Source: Candidatus Sedimenticola endophacoides
GTDB taxonomy: Bacteria; Pseudomonadota; Gammaproteobacteria; Chromatiales; Chromatiaceae
DNA length: 51,394 nucleotides
Assembly: GCA_003062345.1 (NCBI GenBank)
Contig: PQCO01000184.1
Location: forward strand, 1-51,394
Direction: 5' to 3'
A program made the translations under genes and the position numbers. Below, piece after piece: positions 32,261 through 42,610 of the stretch. The notes under the pieces were generated by a model. That model had not been told where the DNA came from. It did no database searches and worked only from the letters and a program-made list of their open reading frames with translations. Numbering within the stretch: position 1 is the first letter of the stretch; every line of letters starts with the position of its first letter.

Positions 32261-32394
32261 TTGCGTTTGGGAGCGTCGGCAGGCAATTTTGTCTTGATTT
32301 CCCCCGCGTGCGGGCGGTTGTGCCGTATTGGTCGAGCGCTCTGGGGAAATCCTCGCGAATTGCCAAATTAGCCCGGAGAATGGCGCGAAAGGTG

Positions 32395-32430
32395 TTGACA
32401 GGCTGGTCCGGCTCCAGCAGAATAGCGCGC
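32395..32430 (+). promoter_or_regulatory. Sigma70 promoter with GC-rich discriminator for the tRNA-tuf operon
   Basis: TTGACA-N17-CAGAAT-AGCGCGC. Confidence 0.75.
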
Positions 32431-32437
32431 TCTTTAT

Positions 32438-32522
32438 GGAGGGGTTCCCGAGTGGCCAAAGGGATCAGACTGTAAATCTGACGGCTCCGCCTTCGGAGGT
32501 TCGAATCCTCCCCCCTCCACCA
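32438..32522 (+). tRNA. tRNA-Tyr(GTA)
   Basis: 85 nt with long variable arm; anticodon arm TCAGA-CTGTAAA-TCTGA; CCA end. Confidence 0.97.
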
Positions 32523-32805
32523 GAACAGGCTGGCAGCTGCGTGGATTCGCGAGCGCCGTATAACTCAACCGGTGTGAACCGGGGGAGGATTTGAACCGAT
32601 AAGAGGTTCGACGAGCATCGCGCAGCGATGCCGAACACCGAGCGAAGCGCGGTGGCCCGGAGGGCGGAGCGCCGTAGGCGCGGAGTAATCCTCCCCCCCT
32701 CCACCAGAACAGGCTGGCAGCCGCGTGGATTCGCGAGCGCCGTATAACTCAACCGGTGTGGACCGGGGGAGGATTCGAACCGATAAGAGGTTCGACGAGC
32801 ATCGC
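32504..32805 (+). repeat. tRNA-Tyr-linked tandem repeat (about 118-bp repeats, period 183-184)
   Basis: 32504-32621 is nearly identical to 32687-32805 and includes the tRNA 3' end; same scaffold as the Gln element. Confidence 0.9.
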
Positions 32806-32886
32806 CATTGCGCGGTGAGCCACAGGCGGGCCGGCCCCGGGCTGTGGCGGATGCGGTTAATGGTAAGCGACGCGATCGCTTGGCAT

Positions 32887-32960
32887 GCGGGTGTAGTTCA
32901 ATGGTAGAACTTCAGCCTTCCAAGCTGACTACGTGGGTTCGATTCCCATCACCCGCTCCA
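32887..32960 (+). tRNA. tRNA-Gly(TCC)
   Basis: Anticodon arm TCAGC-CTTCCAA-GCTGA; CCA end. Confidence 0.97.
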
Positions 32961-32995
32961 TTATTTGGGCCTGTGGCCCGGATTGTAAACAGTTT

Positions 32996-33071
32996 GCCCA
33001 TGTAGCTCAGTTGGTAGAGCACACCCTTGGTAAGGGTGAGGTCAGCAGTTCAAATCTGCTCATGGGCTCCA
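32996..33071 (+). tRNA. tRNA-Thr(GGT)
   Basis: Anticodon arm CACCC-TTGGTAA-GGGTG; CCA end. Confidence 0.97.
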
Positions 33072-33148
33072 GGTGTTAGCCCGGCGTGCGGCAAGCGCGC
33101 GAATTTGTCTGTCTTGATTCATATTAAAGGTCTGTCGGAGAGATTTCG

Positions 33149-34339
33149 ATGTCTAAAGCAAAATTCGAACGCACAAAACCGCATGTGAACGTGGGCACCA
33201 TCGGTCACGTTGACCATGGCAAGACCACCCTGACCGCGGCGATCACCAAGGTGATGGCTGAGGCCCGCGGCGGTGAATTCAAGGACTACGCCGATATCGA
33301 CAACGCCCCTGAAGAGCGTGAGCGCGGTATCACCATCGCCACCGCGCACGTGGAGTACGAGTCCGACACCCGCCACTACGCGCACGTCGACTGCCCTGGA
33401 CACGCCGATTATGTGAAGAACATGATCACCGGCGCGGCGCAGATGGACGGAGCGGTCCTGGTGGTCTCCGCGGCGGACGGTCCGATGCCCCAGACCCGTG
33501 AGCACATCCTGCTCTCCCGTCAGGTTGGTGTGCCCTACATTCTGGTGTACATGAACAAGGCGGACATGGTCGATGACGAGGAGCTGCTGGAGCTGGTGGA
33601 GATGGAAGTGCGCGAGCTTCTGGACCAGTACGAGTTCCCCGGAGACGACACCCCGATCGTGGTAGGTTCCGCGCTGAAGGCGCTCGAAGGGGACACCTCG
33701 GATATCGGTGCGCCGTCGATCATCAAGCTGGTGGAGGCGATGGATGCCTACATTCCCACCCCGGAGCGTGACACCGACAAGCCGTTCCTGATGCCGATCG
33801 AGGATGTGTTCTCGATCTCCGGTCGCGGCACGGTGGTGACCGGTCGCGTGGAGCGCGGCGTGGTGAAGGTGGGTGAGGAGATCGAGATTGTGGGTATCCG
33901 CGATACCCAGAAGACCACCTGTACCGGCGTTGAGATGTTCCGCAAGCTGCTGGATCAGGGGCAGGCGGGCGACAACGTGGGCGTGCTGCTGCGCGGCACC
34001 AAGCGTGACGATGTGGAGCGCGGCCAGGTGCTGGCGCGTCCCGGCACCATCACCCCGCACACCCATTTTGAGTGTGAGGTGTATGTGCTGAGCAAGGATG
34101 AGGGTGGTCGTCACACGCCGTTTTTCAACGGTTACCGTCCGCAGTTTTACTTCCGTACCACCGACGTGACCGGAGCCTGCGACCTTCCCGAGGGTATAGA
34201 GATGGTGATGCCGGGTGACAACGTGAAGATGACCGTCAAGCTGATCGCGCCCATCGCCATGGAAGAGGGACTGCGTTTCGCTATCCGCGAAGGTGGCCGC
34301 ACCGTCGGCGCCGGCGTTGTATCCAAGATCATCGAGTAA
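33149..34339 (+). CDS. tuf: Elongation factor Tu
   Basis: [20 protein letters not shown]; 396 aa. Confidence 0.99.
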   Translation: MSKAKFERTKPHVNVGTIGHVDHGKTTLTAAITKVMAEARGGEFKDYADIDNAPEERERGITIATAHVEYESDTRHYAHVDCPGHADYVKNMITGAAQMDGAVLVVSAADGPMPQTREHILLSRQVGVPYILVYMNKADMVDDEELLELVEMEVRELLDQYEFPGDDTPIVVGSALKALEGDTSDIGAPSIIKLVEAMDAYIPTPERDTDKPFLMPIEDVFSISGRGTVVTGRVERGVVKVGEEIEIVGIRDTQKTTCTGVEMFRKLLDQGQAGDNVGVLLRGTKRDDVERGQVLARPGTITPHTHFECEVYVLSKDEGGRHTPFFNGYRPQFYFRTTDVTGACDLPEGIEMVMPGDNVKMTVKLIAPIAMEEGLRFAIREGGRTVGAGVVSKIIE

Positions 34340-34364
34340 GCATCAGGCTTGCCGATTTACGGCT

Positions 34365-34393
34365 ACGGGTCAGCCCGCCGGGGGCTGACCCGT
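34365..34393 (+). other. 12-bp perfect hairpin between tuf and tRNA-Trp
   Basis: ACGGGTCAGCCC-GCCGG-GGGCTGACCCGT with no clear U-tract; mRNA stabiliser or weak terminator. Confidence 0.5.
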
Positions 34394-34429
34394 TGTCGGC
34401 TGATCCGTCCAGGGTCACGCAAACTGTTT

Positions 34430-34505
34430 AGGCCAGTAGCTCAATTGGTAGAGCAGCGGTCTCCAAAACCGCAGGTTGGGGGTTCGAGTCCCTCCTGGCC
34501 TGCCA
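34430..34505 (+). tRNA. tRNA-Trp(CCA)
   Basis: Anticodon arm GCGGT-CTCCAAA-ACCGC; CCA end; usual position before secE. Confidence 0.97.
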
Positions 34506-34538
34506 TTATTTACCGTCATCGGTTGACGTGTGGCAGGA

Positions 34539-34907
34539 ATGAACGCAAACGCTGAAGTGGAGAGTTCCACGGTCGATACATTGAAGTTACTGCTGGCGGT
34601 GCTGCTGCTGGTGGGTGGCATCGGTGTGTTCTACTACATGGAAGAGCAGTCCCTTCTGCTGCGGGTCCTCGGATTGCTGGCCATTGCTGGCGCTGCGGTG
34701 GCGGTCGCGCTGCAGTCGGTTCCGGGGCGCGCGGTCTGGGAGTTCGCGACAGCAGCGCGCACCGAGGTGCGCAAGGTGGTGTGGCCGAGTCGTCAGGAGA
34801 CGATCCAGACCACGCTGATCGTGTTCGCCATGGTACTGCTGATGGGGCTGGTCCTCTGGCTCTTCGATATGGTCTTGATGGCCATCGTGCGCGCAGTAAC
34901 CGGCTAG
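34539..34907 (+). CDS. secE: Preprotein translocase subunit SecE
   Basis: Three TM segments; EVRKVVWPSRQET. Confidence 0.96.
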   Translation: MNANAEVESSTVDTLKLLLAVLLLVGGIGVFYYMEEQSLLLRVLGLLAIAGAAVAVALQSVPGRAVWEFATAARTEVRKVVWPSRQETIQTTLIVFAMVLLMGLVLWLFDMVLMAIVRAVTG

Positions 34908-34918
34908 GGGGTAGGTGA

Positions 34919-35452
34919 ATGGCTATGCGTTGGTACGTGGTGCACGCCTTTTCCGGCTTCGAGGCGCAGGTCAAGCGTTCGTTGCTGGAGCGTGTTAAGC
35001 GCTACGGAAAGGAAGATCTCTTCGGTGAGATCCTGGTTCCCACCGAAGAGGTGGTTGAGATGCGCGGCGGTCAGCAGCGCAAGAGCGAGCGCAAGTTTTT
35101 CCCCGGTTATGTCCTGGTGCAGATGGAGATGACGGATGAGACCTGGCACCTGGTCAAGGATGTGCCCAAGGTGATGGGCTTCATTGGGGGCACCGGCGAC
35201 AAACCGGCGCCGATCAGTGATCGGGAGGCCGACGCGATCCTGCAGCGCGTGCAGGAGGGTGTCGAGAAGCCGCGTCCCAAGGTCCTGTTCGAGCCGGGCG
35301 AGGTGGTCCGGGTCATCGATGGGCCGTTCAACGATTTTAACGGTGTGGTCGAGGATGTCGACTACGACAAGAGCCGTCTCAAGGTCTCGGTACTGATCTT
35401 TGGGCGTTCGACCCCGGTCGATCTTGAGTTCGGCCAAGTAGAGAAGGGTTGA
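34919..35452 (+). CDS. nusG: Transcription factor NusG
   Basis: [22 protein letters not shown] motif GPFNDFNG. Confidence 0.98.
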   Translation: MAMRWYVVHAFSGFEAQVKRSLLERVKRYGKEDLFGEILVPTEEVVEMRGGQQRKSERKFFPGYVLVQMEMTDETWHLVKDVPKVMGFIGGTGDKPAPISDREADAILQRVQEGVEKPRPKVLFEPGEVVRVIDGPFNDFNGVVEDVDYDKSRLKVSVLIFGRSTPVDLEFGQVEKG

Positions 35453-35550
35453 ACGCGGGTTGGTCCAGAGGTTTCCGGTGCTCTTGCCGGAGGCCTTTTC
35501 GTGTTTGGGTTTTTCGGGTAGGCGAAATTTCCCCGGAAGCTTTGGGTTGA

Positions 35551-35791
35551 CGAATCGAACGCGCCGCCATGGATGGCGGGGCAGGAACCAGGCCACATGG
35601 ATGTGTAGCCGCTGAACCGTCGGGGAGCCGAGAGGCGTTTGAACCCGATCAGGGTGAGATCGACCGTTCGTCCAGTGGACGAACGCAGCGAATCGAACGC
35701 GCCGCCATGGATGGCGGGGCAGGAACCAGGCCACATGGATGTGTAGCCGCTGAACCGTCGGGGAGCCGAGAGGCGTTTGAACCCGATCAGG
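35551..35791 (+). repeat. Exact 103-bp tandem duplication (period 138) in the rplK leader
   Basis: 35551-35653 equals 35689-35791; the 35-bp spacer holds the palindrome 35665-35685. Confidence 0.92.
35758..35786 (+). promoter_or_regulatory. Putative L1-binding autogenous operator of rplKA (second copy at 35620-35648)
   Basis: CGGGGAGCC-GAGA-GGCGTTTGAACCCG just upstream of the SD; matches the GGGAGCC..GGCGUU L1-leader pattern. Confidence 0.7.
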
Positions 35792-35802
35792 AGTAGATAG
35801 CC

Positions 35803-36234
35803 ATGGCTAAGAAAATCGAGGCTTATATCAAGCTTCAGGTGCCTGCCGGTCAGGCCAATCCGAGTCCGCCGGTGGGACCCGCGCTGGGTCAGCGCGGCGT
35901 CAACATCATGGAGTTCTGCAAGGCGTTCAACGCCAAGACCCAGGGTATTGAGCAGGGTTTGCCGACTCCCGTGGTGATCACCGTCTACAGTGATCGCAGT
36001 TTTACCTTTATCACCAAGACGCCTCCGGCGTCGGTGCTGCTGCGCAAGGCAGCCGGTGTTCCCAAGGGTTCCGGCACACCCAACAAGGTGAAGGTCGGCA
36101 AGGTAACCCGCGAACAGCTGGAAGAGATCGCCAAGACCAAAGAGCCCGATCTGACCGCGTCGGATATGGAGGCGGCGGTGAACACCATCGCCGGTACCGC
36201 GCGTTCCATGGGTCTTGATGTGGAGGGGTTGTAA
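35803..36234 (+). CDS. rplK: 50S ribosomal protein L11
   Basis: [22 protein letters not shown]. Confidence 0.99.
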   Translation: MAKKIEAYIKLQVPAGQANPSPPVGPALGQRGVNIMEFCKAFNAKTQGIEQGLPTPVVITVYSDRSFTFITKTPPASVLLRKAAGVPKGSGTPNKVKVGKVTREQLEEIAKTKEPDLTASDMEAAVNTIAGTARSMGLDVEGL

Positions 36235-36237
36235 GTC

Positions 36238-36936
36238 ATGGCTAAGTTGAGCAAGCGCGCGCGCGCGATTAGGGAGAAGGTCGAGGCAGGCAGGCAGTAT
36301 GCAGTGGAAGATGCCTTTGCACTGCTGAAGGATATCTCCAGCGTCAAATTTGCGGAGTCCGTGGACGTGGCCGTCAATCTGGGCGTCGACCCGCGTAAGT
36401 CCGATCAGGTGGTGCGTGGCTCCACCGTGCTGCCCAATGGTACCGGCAAGACCGTGCGGGTGGCCGTGTTCGCTCAGGGCGCCAACGCCGAGGCGGCGAC
36501 CGAGGCGGGTGCCGATATCGTCGGTTTCGATGATCTCGCGGCCGACATCAAGGCGGGCAAGATGGACTTCGATGTAGTCATTGCCACCCCCGATGCGATG
36601 CGGGTGGTCGGCCAGCTGGGTCAGATCCTGGGTCCGCGCGGCCTGATGCCCAATCCCAAGGTGGGCACAGTGACCCCGAACGTGAGCGAGGCGGTTAAGA
36701 ATGCGAAGGCAGGCCAGGTGCGCTACCGGACCGACAAGGCCGGTATCATTCACTGCCCTATCGGCAAGGTGGATTTCGATCCCGCTGCCCTGAAACAGAA
36801 CCTTGAGGCACTGCTGAATGACCTGAAGAAGGCCAAGCCGAGTGCCGCAAAGGGTGTCTATATGAAGAAGGTTACCGTCTCCTCGACCATGGGTCCTGGG
36901 CTTGCGGTCGACCAGTCCACACTGGACGTCAAGTGA
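36238..36936 (+). CDS. rplA: 50S ribosomal protein L1
   Basis: [31 protein letters not shown]. Confidence 0.99.
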   Translation: MAKLSKRARAIREKVEAGRQYAVEDAFALLKDISSVKFAESVDVAVNLGVDPRKSDQVVRGSTVLPNGTGKTVRVAVFAQGANAEAATEAGADIVGFDDLAADIKAGKMDFDVVIATPDAMRVVGQLGQILGPRGLMPNPKVGTVTPNVSEAVKNAKAGQVRYRTDKAGIIHCPIGKVDFDPAALKQNLEALLNDLKKAKPSAAKGVYMKKVTVSSTMGPGLAVDQSTLDVK

Positions 36937-37010
36937 GATTCGCCGGCCGCTTGCAGGAGCGGTCGGTAACAAAGGCTTTGGAGCTCCCGGTGCCTGTTTG
37001 GACCGGCTGC

Positions 37011-37070
37011 TGTCAAAGACCGTGGGTGCACAGGGTCTGTTGTGCTTAATCACGCCCACGCAGACGGCGC
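37011..37070 (+). promoter_or_regulatory. L10 leader (rplJ autogenous operator)
   Basis: AAGACCGTGGGTG...TTAA...CCCACGCAGACGG pattern. Confidence 0.7.
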
Positions 37071-37184
37071 TCCGTAATCAGTTTTCTGAAAACGGTGCAC
37101 GTTGAAAGAGCGGTGACCCATCCGCTGGGTTGCCAGATGTGAACTGGGAGCGGGATATCGCTCCTTATTGTCAGGAGGTGACGC

Positions 37185-37712
37185 GTGCCACTCAATCTTG
37201 AGCAGAAAAAAACTGTCGTCGCCGAAGTATCTGAGGTTGCAAGCAGCGCCTATTCCGCTGTGGCCGCCGAGTACAATGGTCTGTCCGTCGAACAGATGAC
37301 CCAGTTGCGCGTCAAGGCGCGTGAGTCCGGGGTCTATCTGCGCGTGGTCAAAAATACATTGGCTCGCCGTGCAGTGGAGGGGACCGATTTCGAGTGCATG
37401 AAGGATGGGTTGACGGGTCCGCTCGTACTCGCCTTTTCGCAAGAGGATCCCGGTTGTGCTGCGCGTGTGATCAAGGACTTTGCCAAGACTAATGACAAAC
37501 TGGTTGTCAAACTGGTGTCGATCGGCGGCAGGATGCTCGATGCTTCCGAGCTCGAAACGCTGGCCAAGATGCCGACATACGACCAGGCGATCAGCATGCT
37601 GATGGCTGTCATGAAAGCTCCGGTGGAGAAACTTGCTCGCACCGTCAACGAGGTGCCCGGCAAGCTGGTTCGTACCGTCGCGGCGATTCGCGACGCGAAA
37701 GAAGCGGCTTAA
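37185..37712 (+). CDS. rplJ: 50S ribosomal protein L10
   Basis: LNLEQKK, RVVKNTLARRA; GTG start after AGGAGG. Confidence 0.98.
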   Translation: MPLNLEQKKTVVAEVSEVASSAYSAVAAEYNGLSVEQMTQLRVKARESGVYLRVVKNTLARRAVEGTDFECMKDGLTGPLVLAFSQEDPGCAARVIKDFAKTNDKLVVKLVSIGGRMLDASELETLAKMPTYDQAISMLMAVMKAPVEKLARTVNEVPGKLVRTVAAIRDAKEAA

Positions 37713-37766
37713 TCGCTATCAATTTTTACACACGTAATGTGTTAACCGTTTATTAGGAGTTTTAAA

Positions 37767-38144
37767 ATGGCCGTTTCCAAAGACGACATTCTTGAATCCA
37801 TCGCCAACATGACCGTAATGGAGGTCGTTGAGCTGATCGAGGCTATGGAAGAAAAATTCGGCGTGACCGCCGCTGCCGCGGTAGCCGCCGCTCCCGCCGC
37901 CGGCGGTGATGGTGGTGCCGCCGCCGAGGAGCAGACCGAGTTTGACGTGGTCATGACCTCTTTCGGCGCCAACAAGGTGGCCGTGATCAAGGCCGTGCGC
38001 GGTGTGACCGGTCTGGGTCTGAAGGAGGCCAAGGAGGCCGTGGAAGGTGCGCCTACCACCCTGAAGGAAGGCGTGTCCAAGGAAGAAGCCGAGGATGTCA
38101 AGAAGCAGCTGGAAGAAGCTGGCGCTACTGTCGAAGTCAAGTAA
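37767..38144 (+). CDS. rplL: 50S ribosomal protein L7/L12
   Basis: [21 protein letters not shown]. Confidence 0.99.
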   Translation: MAVSKDDILESIANMTVMEVVELIEAMEEKFGVTAAAAVAAAPAAGGDGGAAAEEQTEFDVVMTSFGANKVAVIKAVRGVTGLGLKEAKEAVEGAPTTLKEGVSKEEAEDVKKQLEEAGATVEVK

Positions 38145-38184
38145 TCAAGCTTGGCTCTGAACGTAGGCAATCCCTAGTGGCTGG

Positions 38185-38215
38185 GGCTGGCGGCGATTTT
38201 CGCCGCCGGCCTTTT
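38185..38215 (+). terminator. Terminator/attenuator between rplL and rpoB
   Basis: GGCTGGCGGCG-ATTTT-CGCCGCCGGCC-TTTT. Confidence 0.75.
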
Positions 38216-38465
38216 GCCGCTTGTGAGGGCGGAGAGTCCAAGGCTCCGTCAGGCCGCGGCAGGCGGTCAGCAAAGTCCGGCCGTGGCCGGCAGGGAGCAT
38301 GCACAGCGGATGTGTTTTTACGAAATGCATATGCCTGATGCGGATGTCGGGCAGGAATATAGCAACAGGGATGTGATCCGGCAGGGAACGGCCGGGCCTA
38401 CGCACAATGTTGGAAGATCCCCGTGGGGTCTTAATGTAACGCCTTAGAAATCGAGGGACGGCAAG

Positions 38466-41400
38466 ATGGCCTATTCTTTCACCGAGAAAAAGCGTATCCG
38501 CAAGGATTTCGGAAAACGTCCGAGTATCCTTGAGGTGCCTTTTTTGCTGGCGACTCAAATTGACTCCTACCGCAGTTTTCTCCAGTCGGGGGTGGCTGCC
38601 GAAGACCGAGCGGATGTGGGCCTCAACGCCGCGTTCAAGTCGGTATTTCCCATCGAAAGCTACTCCGGCAACGCCGTGCTCGAATATGTGAGCTATCGGC
38701 TGGGTGAACCGACCTTCGATGTGCGCGAGTGCCAGTTGCGCGGCGCCACATACGCCGCGCCCCTGCGGGTGCTGGTGCGTCTGGTGATCTATGACAAGGA
38801 CGCCCCCTCCGGCACCAAGGCGGTCAAGGATATCCGGGAGCAGGAAGTCTACATGGGCGAGTTGCCGCTGATGACCGAAAACGGCACCTTCGTGATCAAT
38901 GGTACCGAGCGGGTCATCGTGTCCCAGCTCCACCGCTCGCCGGGTGTTTTCTTCGATCATGACAAAGGCAAGACCCACAGCTCCGGAAAGCTGCTGTTCT
39001 CGGCCCGGGTGATTCCCTATCGTGGCTCCTGGCTGGATTTCGAGTTCGATCCCAAGGATTGCGTGTTCGTGCGCATCGACCGCCGCCGCAAACTTCCGGC
39101 GACGATTCTTTTGCGTGCCCTCGGATACGACGCAGAGCAGATTCTTGAGATGTTTTTCGAGACCGACAGCTTCTCTCTGACCAAGAAGGGCGCCAAGCTG
39201 GCGTTGGTGCCCGAGCGGCTGCGCGGAGACACCGCCACGTTCGACATCAAGGTCAAGAGTGAGGTGCTGGTGGAGACCGGACGGCGTATCACCCAGCGCC
39301 ATATCCGGGAGTTGGAGAAAGCGGGCGTGAAGTCCCTGGAGGTGCCCTATGACTACCTCCATGGCAAGTTGCTCGCGACCAACCTTGTCGATACCGAGAC
39401 CGGTGAGCTGATCGCCAGTGCCAACGATGAGATTACCGAAGAGTTGCTGGAGATGATCATCGACAAGGGAATCAAGAAGATTGATACCCTGTTTACCAAC
39501 GATCTGGATCACGGCCCTTATGTCGCGCACACCCTGCGCATCGATCCGGCCAAGTCCCAGCTGGAGGCGCAGGTCGAGATTTACCGCATGATGCGTCCAG
39601 GTGAGCCACCCACCAAGGAGGCCGCGCAGAACCTGTTCAACGGGCTGTTTTTTACCGACGACCGCTATGACCTCTCCGCAGTCGGACGGATGAAATTCAA
39701 CAAGCGCCTGGGGCGTGAGGAGGTCACCGGCGAGGGCACCCTCTCCAATGATGACATCATCGACGTGCTCAAGGAGTTGATCAATATTCGCAACGGCATC
39801 GGCGTGGTGGACGATATCGACCACCTCGGAAACCGGCGTATCCGCTGTGTCGGTGAGATGGCGGAGAATCAGTTCCGCGTGGGACTGGTCCGTGTCGAGC
39901 GTGCCGTCAAGGAACGCCTGACCCTGGCCGAGTCCGAGGGTCTGATGCCCCAGGAGATGATCAATGCCAAGCCGGTGTCGGCCGCGATCAAGGAGTTTTT
40001 CGGCTCATCTCAGCTCTCCCAGTTCATGGACCAGAACAACCCCCTCTCCGAGGTGACCCACAAGCGCCGTGTCTCGGCCCTCGGCCCAGGCGGCCTGGCC
40101 CGCGAGCGGGCTGGTTTCGAGGTGCGCGACGTGCACCCCACCCATTATGGCCGGGTATGCCCGATCGAGACCCCGGAGGGACCGAACATCGGTCTGATCA
40201 ACTCCCTGTCGGTGTATGCGCGTACCAACGAGTACGGATTTCTCGAAACTCCCTACCGGGTGGTGCGAGACGCCAAGGTGACCGATGAGATTCATTACCT
40301 CTCCGCCATCGAGGAGGGGCGCTTCGTGATCGCCCAGGCGAATACCACGCTGGATGGCGAAGGCCGCCTGACCGATGCGCTGATTTCATCGCGGCATCTG
40401 AACGAATTCACCCTCTCCACACCGGACAAGGTGCAGTACATGGACGTCTCGCCCAAGCAGATCGTCTCCGTGGCGGCGTCGATTATTCCGTTCCTTGAGC
40501 ACGACGACGCCAACCGCGCGCTGATGGGCTCCAACATGCAGCGCCAGGCGGTACCGACGCTGCGCGCAGACAAGCCGCTGGTCGGTACCGGCATGGAGCG
40601 GGCGGTGGCCACCGATTCGGGTGTCACCGTGGTGGCGCGCCGTGGCGGCGAGATCGAGTCGGTCGACGCAGCGCGCATCGTGGTGCGGGTCAACGATGAC
40701 GAGACCGAGGCCGGTGAGTCCGGCGTGGATATCTACAACCTGATTAAATACACTCGCTCGAATCAGAACACCTGCATCAATCAGCGGCCGCTGGTGATGC
40801 CCGGCGACCGGGTGTCACGTGGTGATGTGATGGCCGACGGTCCCTCGACCGACATGGGCGAGCTGGCGCTTGGGCAGAACATGCGGATCGCCTTCATGCC
40901 CTGGAACGGATACAACTTCGAGGACTCGATCCTGGTCTCCGAGCGGGTGGTGAAGGAAGATCGCTTTACCACCATCCACATCGAAGAGATGACCTGCATG
41001 GCGCGAGATACCAAGCTCGGGCCAGAAGAGATCACCGGCGATATCCCCAATGTCGGCGAAGCGGCCCTGGCCAAGCTCGACGAGTCGGGTATCGTCTATA
41101 TCGGCGCGGAGGTGAAGGAGGGCGACATCCTGGTGGGTAAGGTCACCCCCAAGGGGGAGACCCAGTTGACCCCCGAGGAGAAGCTGCTGCGCGCCATCTT
41201 CGGCGAGAAGGCGGCGGACGTGAAGGATACCTCTCTGCGCGTCTCCTCCGGCATGTCGGGGACCGTTATCGATGTGCAGGTATTCACCCGCGACGGGGTC
41301 GAAAAGGATGCCCGGGCGTTACAGATCGAAAATGCCGAGATGGAGCGCGTGAAGAAGGATCTTGATGATCAGCTGCGCATCATGGAGGACGATACTTTTG

Positions 41401-42542
41401 CCCGTGTCGAGAAGATGCTGCTGGGCAAGCTGGCCGATGGCGGCCCCAACCAGCTGAAGGCCGGGGCCAAGATCACCAAGGGTTATCTGGCCGAACTGGA
41501 GCGCGACAGGTGGCTGGAGATCCGCCTGCGCAACGAGGAGGCCGCGGCCCAGCTGGAGGCGATCGCCACCCAGATTGTGCAGCAGCGCGAGACCTTCCAC
41601 GATAAATTCGAAGAGAAGAAGCGCAAGCTGACCACCGGCGACGATCTGGCGCCGGGCGTGTTGAAGATGGTGAAGGTCTACGTCGCGGTAAAACGGCGCA
41701 TCCAGCCGGGCGACAAGATGGCCGGACGTCACGGAAACAAGGGTGTCATCTCGACCATCGTCCCGGTGGAGGACATGCCGTTCGACGAGCAGGGTGAGCC
41801 GGTGGATATCGTGCTCAATCCCCTGGGTGTACCCTCGCGCATGAACGTCGGGCAGGTTCTTGAGACGCATCTGGGATGGGCGGCGCGCGGTATCGGTGAA
41901 AAGATCGGACGCATGCTTGAGGCCAAGACCAAGGCCGCGGAACTGCGGAAATTCCTGGACAAGGTGTACAACACCAGCGGCAAGCGGGAGGATCTCGACA
42001 GTCTGAACGATGAGGAGGTCGTTGAGCTGTGCGCCAATCTGGAGAAAGGTGTGCCCACCGCGACACCGGTGTTCGATGGCGCATCCGAGGATGAGATCAA
42101 GGCGATGCTGCGTCTGGCGGATCTGCCGGAGAGCGGCCAGACCACGCTCTACGACGGGCGCACCGGCGAGGCGTTCGACCGCCCCGTGACCGTCGGCTAC
42201 ATGTACATGCTCAAGCTCAACCACCTGGTCGATGACAAGATGCATGCCCGCTCCACCGGACCGTACAGCCTGGTGACCCAGCAGCCGCTGGGCGGAAAGG
42301 CGCAGTTTGGTGGCCAGCGCTTCGGTGAGATGGAGGTGTGGGCCCTTGAGGCGTACGGCGCCGCCTACACCCTGCAGGAGATGCTCACGGTGAAATCGGA
42401 CGATGTGACCGGGCGCACCCGCATGTACAAGAACATCGTTGACGGTGACCACCGCATGGAGGCCGGTATGCCCGAGTCCTTCAATGTGCTGGTCAAAGAG
42501 ATCCGTTCGCTCGGCATCGATATTGAGTTGGATCGGGAATAG
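38466..42542 (+). CDS. rpoB: RNA polymerase beta subunit
   Basis: [37 protein letters not shown]. Confidence 0.99.
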   Translation: MAYSFTEKKRIRKDFGKRPSILEVPFLLATQIDSYRSFLQSGVAAEDRADVGLNAAFKSVFPIESYSGNAVLEYVSYRLGEPTFDVRECQLRGATYAAPLRVLVRLVIYDKDAPSGTKAVKDIREQEVYMGELPLMTENGTFVINGTERVIVSQLHRSPGVFFDHDKGKTHSSGKLLFSARVIPYRGSWLDFEFDPKDCVFVRIDRRRKLPATILLRALGYDAEQILEMFFETDSFSLTKKGAKLALVPERLRGDTATFDIKVKSEVLVETGRRITQRHIRELEKAGVKSLEVPYDYLHGKLLATNLVDTETGELIASANDEITEELLEMIIDKGIKKIDTLFTNDLDHGPYVAHTLRIDPAKSQLEAQVEIYRMMRPGEPPTKEAAQNLFNGLFFTDDRYDLSAVGRMKFNKRLGREEVTGEGTLSNDDIIDVLKELINIRNGIGVVDDIDHLGNRRIRCVGEMAENQFRVGLVRVERAVKERLTLAESEGLMPQEMINAKPVSAAIKEFFGSSQLSQFMDQNNPLSEVTHKRRVSALGPGGLARERAGFEVRDVHPTHYGRVCPIETPEGPNIGLINSLSVYARTNEYGFLETPYRVVRDAKVTDEIHYLSAIEEGRFVIAQANTTLDGEGRLTDALISSRHLNEFTLSTPDKVQYMDVSPKQIVSVAASIIPFLEHDDANRALMGSNMQRQAVPTLRADKPLVGTGMERAVATDSGVTVVARRGGEIESVDAARIVVRVNDDETEAGESGVDIYNLIKYTRSNQNTCINQRPLVMPGDRVSRGDVMADGPSTDMGELALGQNMRIAFMPWNGYNFEDSILVSERVVKEDRFTTIHIEEMTCMARDTKLGPEEITGDIPNVGEAALAKLDESGIVYIGAEVKEGDILVGKVTPKGETQLTPEEKLLRAIFGEKAADVKDTSLRVSSGMSGTVIDVQVFTRDGVEKDARALQIENAEMERVKKDLDDQLRIMEDDTFARVEKMLLGKLADGGPNQLKAGAKITKGYLAELERDRWLEIRLRNEEAAAQLEAIATQIVQQRETFHDKFEEKKRKLTTGDDLAPGVLKMVKVYVAVKRRIQPGDKMAGRHGNKGVISTIVPVEDMPFDEQGEPVDIVLNPLGVPSRMNVGQVLETHLGWAARGIGEKIGRMLEAKTKAAELRKFLDKVYNTSGKREDLDSLNDEEVVELCANLEKGVPTATPVFDGASEDEIKAMLRLADLPESGQTTLYDGRTGEAFDRPVTVGYMYMLKLNHLVDDKMHARSTGPYSLVTQQPLGGKAQFGGQRFGEMEVWALEAYGAAYTLQEMLTVKSDDVTGRTRMYKNIVDGDHRMEAGMPESFNVLVKEIRSLGIDIELDRE

Positions 42543-42610
42543 GGGTCCGGTGACTATCCGGTATCCGAACCACGATTAAATCTGGACCCTGAAAAGCAGG
42601 AGATACGATC

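Noticed and set aside
29599-32805. Repeats with intervening sequence that might be a CRISPR array or prophage att sites
   Set aside because: Only two copies per locus, the spacer itself is repeated, no cas or integrase gene is present, and the insert is only about 120 bp.
32438-33071. tRNA cluster lacks the leading tRNA-Thr(TGT) of the E. coli tufB operon
   Set aside because: Tyr-Gly-Thr-tuf-Trp-secE is a common arrangement in non-enteric proteobacteria.
35569-35796. 75-aa ORF with an internal repeat, in frame with rplK and ending 6 nt before it
   Set aside because: It is a by-product of the 138-bp period, has no SD, and starts inside a palindrome; no evidence that it is coding.
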